Source: Peptococcaceae bacterium
Lineage (GTDB): Bacteria > Bacillota > DSM-12270 > Thermacetogeniales > Thermacetogeniaceae
DNA length: 40,000 bases
Direction of reading: 5' to 3'
Assembly (NCBI GenBank): GCA_023249405.1
Contig: JAHFCR010000001.1
Coordinates: 1-40,000, forward strand
The position numbers and the translations under genes were made by a program. Below are positions 34,941-40,000 of this stretch, piece by piece. Below the pieces are notes generated by a model that worked only from the letters and a program-made list of their open reading frames with translations, made no database searches and was not told the origin of the DNA. Positions within the stretch are counted from its first letter, which is position 1; each line of letters opens with the position of its first letter.

Positions 34941-36254
34941 CTACTTCTCCCTGTGCAGGTTCACCTTGATGGAATGAGTTGCGCAGGACTGGCACGGATC
35001 GTAGTTCCGGATCATCATCTCGCACTTCAGTTTCAGGTCGTCATCCGGCAGGTTGACCAGCTTTGGTACGAACGCCCTGAAATCATCCTCGAGGGAGGCG
35101 ATGTTCCGGGCAGTCGGGGCGATCAGGTCGTACTTCTGGATGACACCGTTCTTGTCGACCCGGCCGCCGTGGCAGCAGATGCCCCGGGCAGCCTCGGTAA
35201 CGGCGTAGGATTCGCCAGCCTTATACTCGTACTTGATCGGTTCGAGCTTGGGCTCGCCGAGCACATCGATCAACTCGATGGCGGAGTCGATGGCATGAAC
35301 GAGTTCGAGAGCCCGGGCGACGATGCTCATGAACGGCTTGAAGCAGGGCACCGAGAAACCTACTTCGGCCGCAATCTTCCTGGCGTCGGCGGACAAGGTG
35401 CCGAAGTTGTTGTTGACGCGCATCAGCGGCCCGACTACCAGGTTGCCCTTGCCCTTGAGAGTGGCGTGCTTGCAGTTGCAGTTCGGGACGTGTTTCTCGA
35501 GGATCCAGATCGGGTATTCCTCATCCGGCGCCTCAAAGCCGTCGTTGGAGTAAAGCTTGCCCTCGTTGATCGGGTAGCGTTTGGGATCGTACAGGGAGAC
35601 GTACTCCGCCTTGCGCTCCAGGCTCTTGTAGGGCTCGGCATTGGCCAGCTGGGCGGCCAGCTTGGCGGTCTCATAGCCGAACTCCTTGGAGGCCTTCAAG
35701 CGATCCTTCAGAGCCTGCAGGGTGGCCTTGCTCGGTACGGCGGTGTAGCCGCCAAGCACTGAGGTGCGGTTCTGGATCTCATGGCCGCAGATGGCTACGA
35801 TCATGTCGTTGCCAAGCCGTTTGGCTCCCAGAGCCTTGCCTACGATCGGGAGCAGATCCGGGTTGCCGGCCATGGCTACCACGCTCTCGTAACCCACAAA
35901 GTCCGGAGCTGCCAGGCAATAAATATGCAGGGCATGGCTCATAATCCAGTCGCTGTAATGCATCAACTCACGCAGCAGTCTGGTCTGTTCGCTGACCTTG
36001 ACTCCCATAGCCCGCTCCATCGCTCGCAGGGAGGAGATGTGATGGGCGTGGGGGCAGATGCCGCAGATACGCTGTACCAACTCCGGCGCCTCTTCGACCT
36101 TGCGGCCGATCAGGAAAGCTTCGAAGAACCTTGGCGGTTCCCAGACTTCCCAGGCAGCCTTTTTGATCTCGCCGTTTTCGCCGATGACGATATCCATCGC
36201 CCCGTCGCCTTCCATGCGGGCCAGGTAATCTACATACAGTCTCCGGTCGCTCAT
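34941..36254 (-). CDS. [NiFe] hydrogenase large (alpha) subunit, group 3b-like
   Basis: N-terminal RICGICPHAHH and C-terminal DPCQSCATH nickel-binding motifs. The size (437 aa) and gene context match the sulfhydrogenase/NADP-coupled type. Confidence 0.9.
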   Translation of the reverse strand: MSDRRLYVDYLARMEGDGAMDIVIGENGEIKKAAWEVWEPPRFFEAFLIGRKVEEAPELVQRICGICPHAHHISSLRAMERAMGVKVSEQTRLLRELMHYSDWIMSHALHIYCLAAPDFVGYESVVAMAGNPDLLPIVGKALGAKRLGNDMIVAICGHEIQNRTSVLGGYTAVPSKATLQALKDRLKASKEFGYETAKLAAQLANAEPYKSLERKAEYVSLYDPKRYPINEGKLYSNDGFEAPDEEYPIWILEKHVPNCNCKHATLKGKGNLVVGPLMRVNNNFGTLSADARKIAAEVGFSVPCFKPFMSIVARALELVHAIDSAIELIDVLGEPKLEPIKYEYKAGESYAVTEAARGICCHGGRVDKNGVIQKYDLIAPTARNIASLEDDFRAFVPKLVNLPDDDLKLKCEMMIRNYDPCQSCATHSIKVNLHREK

Positions 36255-37033
36255 AGCGCAGCCTCAGCTCCTTTGCTAAACTCCGGCGTGTTCCCCGCAT
36301 ACTTGCGGAACTTGCGCACCACGTCGTCCTTGGACAGGCCGAGGTCTTCCATAAACGTCTTGGCCAGGGATGCCGCGTTGCAGTCGTTGGCAGGCCCGCG
36401 GCAACCTTCACATTGCCTGTTCAGGCTGGGGCAGAGGGCGCCGCAGCCGGCAGCGCTGACCGAGCCCATGCAGGGCTTTCCTTCGCTGACCAGCAGGCAG
36501 ACATTTTCCTTCAACTTGCACTCGTTACAGACGCTGTGCGGCCGGAACAGCGGGTTCTCACCCTTGAGTGCCCTCTTGATCAGCTCTACCATTTCGCCCA
36601 CATCAACGGCACAGCCACGCAGGTAAGCATCGGTCTTGACATAGAAATCAATACCCTTGGCAGGGATCGAGGTTAACATGGGATCGTTAATATTTTCCGC
36701 GTACACCGTCTTCGTCAGCTGCTCCTGGGTCATCCCCGACCAGTTCTTGATGGAGGGCACACCACCAGTGCAGGCGCAGTTGCCAAAGGCAACCAGGATG
36801 GCGCACTCTTCGCGGATCTTCTTGAGTTCAAGCGCCTCTTTCGGTGTGGTGACCGCGCCCTCGATAAAGCCAATGGTGTACGGCCCTTCGTGGTTATCAC
36901 GCTTGGCCATGATAAAATACTCGATGTCGATGACACCCAGGACATCCAGCAGTACCGGCTCGATGTTCAGCACAGAGAGCAGACAGCCGGCGCAGGAGCT
37001 GAACTTAAAAAACGCGACTTTCGGATTTGCCAA
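36251..37033 (-). CDS. [NiFe] hydrogenase small (delta) subunit, group 3-type
   Basis: Contains FKFSSCAGC and FGNCACTGG proximal-cluster motifs plus C-terminal Cys clusters. The gene overlaps the large subunit start by 4 nt. Confidence 0.88.
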   Translation of the reverse strand: MANPKVAFFKFSSCAGCLLSVLNIEPVLLDVLGVIDIEYFIMAKRDNHEGPYTIGFIEGAVTTPKEALELKKIREECAILVAFGNCACTGGVPSIKNWSGMTQEQLTKTVYAENINDPMLTSIPAKGIDFYVKTDAYLRGCAVDVGEMVELIKRALKGENPLFRPHSVCNECKLKENVCLLVSEGKPCMGSVSAAGCGALCPSLNRQCEGCRGPANDCNAASLAKTFMEDLGLSKDDVVRKFRKYAGNTPEFSKGAEAAL

Positions 37034-37046
37034 TGATCACACCTCC

Positions 37047-38954
37047 TTATAAGGCCGCTTCAGGCAGGCCTTGGATATCCGCCAATTTGAACACGGGGCC
37101 GTCCTGGCATACGAAGATCGGGCCGATCTGGCAGTTGCCGCACTTCTTGATGCCACAGCTCATGCGGCGCTCCAGCGACACGTAGATCTGTTCCGGGCTC
37201 CAGCCCCGCCCCAGCAGGCCCCTCACGGCAAATCTCATCATAATGTCCGGGCCGCAGGTGATCATGATCGTATTGTCGGGTTTGGAGGACATCTTGTCGA
37301 ACAACGTGGTGACAACGCCGATGTTGTGGCCCCATTCCAATCCCGCCGTATTATCTACGGTCAGAAGCAGCCTGGAGTTTGGGATCTTGCGCAGTTCTTC
37401 GTATTCGTCGGTGAAGAGCAGTTCCTTGGGGCTCCGGGCGCCCACAAGGATCTCCAGGGCGCCGTACTCGTCGCGGCGGTTGGCGATGTGCTTGATTGTA
37501 CCGAGCAGCGGGGCCAGGCCGACGCCGCCGACCACTACCAGCACGTTCTTGCCCTTCATCTCTTCCACCGGCCAGCCAAATCCGTACGGCCCGCGGATGC
37601 CGACGATGTCTCCCACCTGGAGCTTGTCCAGAGCGTTAGTCACGTTGCCGACGGCGCGGATGGTGTGGTCAAAAGAACCCTTCACATCGGCACAGGAACT
37701 GATGGAGATAGGCACCTCGCCGATGCCGAAAATGCTGATCTCATTGAATACGCCGTTGTCATAGGTATATTTCTCCTGCACGGCAGGATCGGTAAAGGCA
37801 AAGGTATAAGTCTTGTTGTCGTAGTTCTGCTGCTTGATCCCCAGAATCTTGGCCGGAAGCGGCTCCCACGGATTGGTCTCCGGGGTGACTTTCTTGGCCG
37901 GCGGAGTGTACAGCTTGACCGCGCTCTCGGCGCCCGGGTTATCCCGCAAGTCGGCTACAACCTGGACCGGGTCGATAGCCGCGACACAGTAAGTAGCACA
38001 ACGGCCACAGCCCACGCAGCCGGGGGATCCGTCAAATTGTTGAGCAAAATAGGTCAGCTTGTGATACAGGCGCTGCTTGATACGCGCTGCCCGATCAGGC
38101 CGGAAGACGTGATCGGCAGCCACGCGGGAGAACTCCAGGTACTGGCAGGAATCCCAGTCCCTCGGGCGCTCACCGGCAGCCAGGGTCAGGTCCACCTGGT
38201 CCTTGACGGCAAAACAGAAGCAGGTTGGGCAGACATTGGTGCAGGACCCGCAGGCCAGGCACCTTTCCTTGAGATCCGACCAGACCGGGTTCTCCACGTT
38301 CTGGTGCAGGAACTCGCCCAAGTTGTCTGTGTCAATGTGCCGTTTGATCTTCTCCTGGGCCGATCGTAGGGCCTTGCTCTTGGCGATCCTGTCCGCATCG
38401 GTGGCGGGGGCCAGCCCTGCTGTCAGGGCCTTGCCGGCATCGCTGCCCACGCAAACAAGATACTTGTCGCCGAGATCGGTCAGGGAGAGGTCAAAACCGG
38501 TATCCATACCCGGCCCAGTGTTAAAGGAGGAGCAGAAACCGTTGGCGCAGGGCTCGGTACAGTTCAGGCCGACGATCACCGTGTTCTCACGGCGCGCCTT
38601 GTAGTAGGGATCCGGATATGTCCCCAGGAACACCTTGTCCAGGCTGAGCATGCCGTTGATATCGCATGCATGTACCCCGAAGAGGACCTGCTTCCCTGCC
38701 GGGGCAGGCTCTCCGGTTTTAGCAGCCGGTCCGCTGAAACCAAATAGGGTCTCCTTCGGTGGAGCTAAATACTTCTTGTGCGGCGGTAGAATAGTGGTAT
38801 CATAGTCAAGGCGCAGATCTGCGGCAGAATCGATCGGCGCAAAGACAAATTCAGGTCCCTTGGCGACTGGTCCTATGAGTTCATAGCCAGCCTTCAATTT
38901 GGCCGCGAAACCATCTAAGTCAGCTTTCGGGAGAACAAAAGCTTCCACTAGCAA
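37047..38954 (-). CDS. Fused hydrogenase beta (4Fe-4S, HydB/AsrA-like) and gamma (FAD/NAD(P), 2Fe-2S, HydG/AsrB-like) subunit
   Basis: N-terminal half has CLACGSCTNVCPTCFC and CVGCGRCATYC ferredoxin motifs. C-terminal half has a flavin reductase fold (VLVVVGGVGLAPL) and CGIKKCGNCQ...C (2Fe-2S). It is one uninterrupted ORF. TTG start at 38954 follows GGGAGG. Confidence 0.8.
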   Translation of the reverse strand: MLVEAFVLPKADLDGFAAKLKAGYELIGPVAKGPEFVFAPIDSAADLRLDYDTTILPPHKKYLAPPKETLFGFSGPAAKTGEPAPAGKQVLFGVHACDINGMLSLDKVFLGTYPDPYYKARRENTVIVGLNCTEPCANGFCSSFNTGPGMDTGFDLSLTDLGDKYLVCVGSDAGKALTAGLAPATDADRIAKSKALRSAQEKIKRHIDTDNLGEFLHQNVENPVWSDLKERCLACGSCTNVCPTCFCFAVKDQVDLTLAAGERPRDWDSCQYLEFSRVAADHVFRPDRAARIKQRLYHKLTYFAQQFDGSPGCVGCGRCATYCVAAIDPVQVVADLRDNPGAESAVKLYTPPAKKVTPETNPWEPLPAKILGIKQQNYDNKTYTFAFTDPAVQEKYTYDNGVFNEISIFGIGEVPISISSCADVKGSFDHTIRAVGNVTNALDKLQVGDIVGIRGPYGFGWPVEEMKGKNVLVVVGGVGLAPLLGTIKHIANRRDEYGALEILVGARSPKELLFTDEYEELRKIPNSRLLLTVDNTAGLEWGHNIGVVTTLFDKMSSKPDNTIMITCGPDIMMRFAVRGLLGRGWSPEQIYVSLERRMSCGIKKCGNCQIGPIFVCQDGPVFKLADIQGLPEAAL

Positions 38955-39481
38955 AATACACCTCCCATGTGAAATTCTTTTGGTTACCACATACCTGGCT
39001 TACAGCTTTTACTTGTCACCGATCCCTCCCTCGTTTCCCACCCGTCAGGTTGGCAACATTCGCGCGCCAGGATTCTTCCCGGCACTGACTGTGAACAGAC
39101 CGCGCTGCGCTGGGATGGCATTAGCCTCCCCCGGCATCGCTCTGGTACCGCCCGGCACCGCCCTCTGACGGGAACATGGCTCTCTTGCCGGACTAACAAC
39201 TGTTTAAATAACCTAGAAAAACGTAAAAATGGATAGAAACATACTTTTAACGACATTACAGAAGCGCTATTCAACAAGAATACTTCTACGCACAGCGCAA
39301 AAATCCTTTCAACCCTTAAAAATAATTGAAAAGACAGGCTCTGAGCTTCCGGGCGCCCCACGCCCCATTCTCACTCGCCATAAGAGACCTAAACCGTCCA
39401 GCTAAAAGGAATAAAACAAACGCTGGCGAAAATATAGTCATTAGTTTTGACGTCATGCTTGAATATAGAGGAGGATGCCAG

Positions 39482-40000
39482 ATGATCACCTGTATCGGTA
39501 TCGCCTGCAGCCCGCGGCGAGGAGGGAACACCTCGCTGTTGTTGGAGCAGGCGCTGACAGGAGCAGCCCAGGGCGGTGCCCGGACAGAATTGATCACTCT
39601 GTCCGACTACAACTTCAGGCCATGCCAGGGATGTAACGCCTGTAGCAAGGACGGGGAGTGCATCCTCAAGGATGATATGCAGCAGATCTACCAACGATTG
39701 CTGGCAGCTGATCGCCTGATCTTGGCAGCTCCGATCTTTTCCATGCACCTGAACGCCCAGGCCAAGGCCCTGATCGACCGCAGCCAGCGCTTCTGGTCCA
39801 CCAAATTTGCTTTAAAACGTCGGGTTATCCAGGACGCGGCATCCCGGCCGTATCGGGCGGGAATGTTTCTCTCGGTCTGCGGCACCGCCTTCCCTGATAT
39901 GTTCGACTGCGCCACCAAAGTAGTGCGCTACTACTTCAACATGCTGGAGATGAGATATGCAGGTGGCCACTTCTACTGGCAGATAGACGAGAAAGGCGCT
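39482..40000 (+). CDS. Iron-sulfur flavoprotein / NADPH-dependent FMN reductase-like protein (3' end outside the window)
   Basis: My own translation: MITCIGIACSPRRGGNTSLLLEQA...CQGCNACSKDGECILKDDM...ADRLILAAPIFSMHLNAQAKALIDR. Open to the window edge, so it is absent from the ORF track. RBS AGAGGAGGA lies 6 nt upstream. Confidence 0.75.
   Translation, partial: MITCIGIACSPRRGGNTSLLLEQALTGAAQGGARTELITLSDYNFRPCQGCNACSKDGECILKDDMQQIYQRLLAADRLILAAPIFSMHLNAQAKALIDRSQRFWSTKFALKRRVIQDAASRPYRAGMFLSVCGTAFPDMFDCATKVVRYYFNMLEMRYAGGHFYWQIDEKGA

Noticed and set aside
38984-39918. Chain of minus-strand ORFs (38984..39361, 39316..39597, 39389..39748, 39688..39918)
   Set aside because: The downstream ones are antisense to the clear flavoprotein gene starting at 39482. 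The first lies in the hydrogenase promoter/leader region, with no RBS or motifs.
1-40000. CRISPR arrays, prophage, transposase, toxin-antitoxin or defence-system genes
   Set aside because: No regularly spaced repeats were seen, and no ORFs with nuclease, integrase, transposase or defence-type motifs. Apart from the repeat elements the window is housekeeping and metabolic.

Overview
This looks like a core-chromosome segment of a moderately GC-rich, spore-forming anaerobic Firmicute (Clostridia-like). The evidence is spoIIE-tilS-ftsH synteny, hypAB, a group 3 [NiFe] hydrogenase and fhs.

Gene content, left to right:
- A tRNA cluster (Lys-Gln-His) followed by decayed EamA transporter genes.
- An Fe/Mn superoxide dismutase.
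- A livKHMGF-type branched-chain amino acid ABC transporter.
- A long minus-strand cofactor cluster: HD hydrolase, folP, folB, folK, a Rossmann/DUF2520 protein, panB, panC, panD.
- fhs, ndk, ftsH, tilS and spoIIE.
- A tRNA fMet-Met-Glu cluster.
- Two tandem degV genes and a histidine phosphatase.
- hypBA.
- A crcB / glutaredoxin-like / crcB / DUF190 fluoride-type operon.
- A lactate permease and a 7TM-PAS-GGDEF cyclase.
- A four-gene group 3b-like [NiFe] hydrogenase operon with fused beta and gamma subunits.
- The 5' part of an iron-sulfur flavoprotein-like gene.

I saw no CRISPR array, transposase, phage gene or recognisable defence gene.

The most unusual signal is non-coding. At least five intergenic elements are related and modular, rich in hairpins, and all in the same (+) orientation whatever the orientation of their neighbours. 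Their helices show compensatory base changes and wobble pairs specific to the + strand. This suggests an undescribed structured RNA family or a non-autonomous transposon family that moves as single-stranded DNA.

Secondary oddities:
- tilS has its PP-loop upstream of any canonical start codon and lies in frame with the spoIIE stop codon.
- SpoIIE is short and lacks the central domain.
- A terminator-like hairpin sits in the liv leader.
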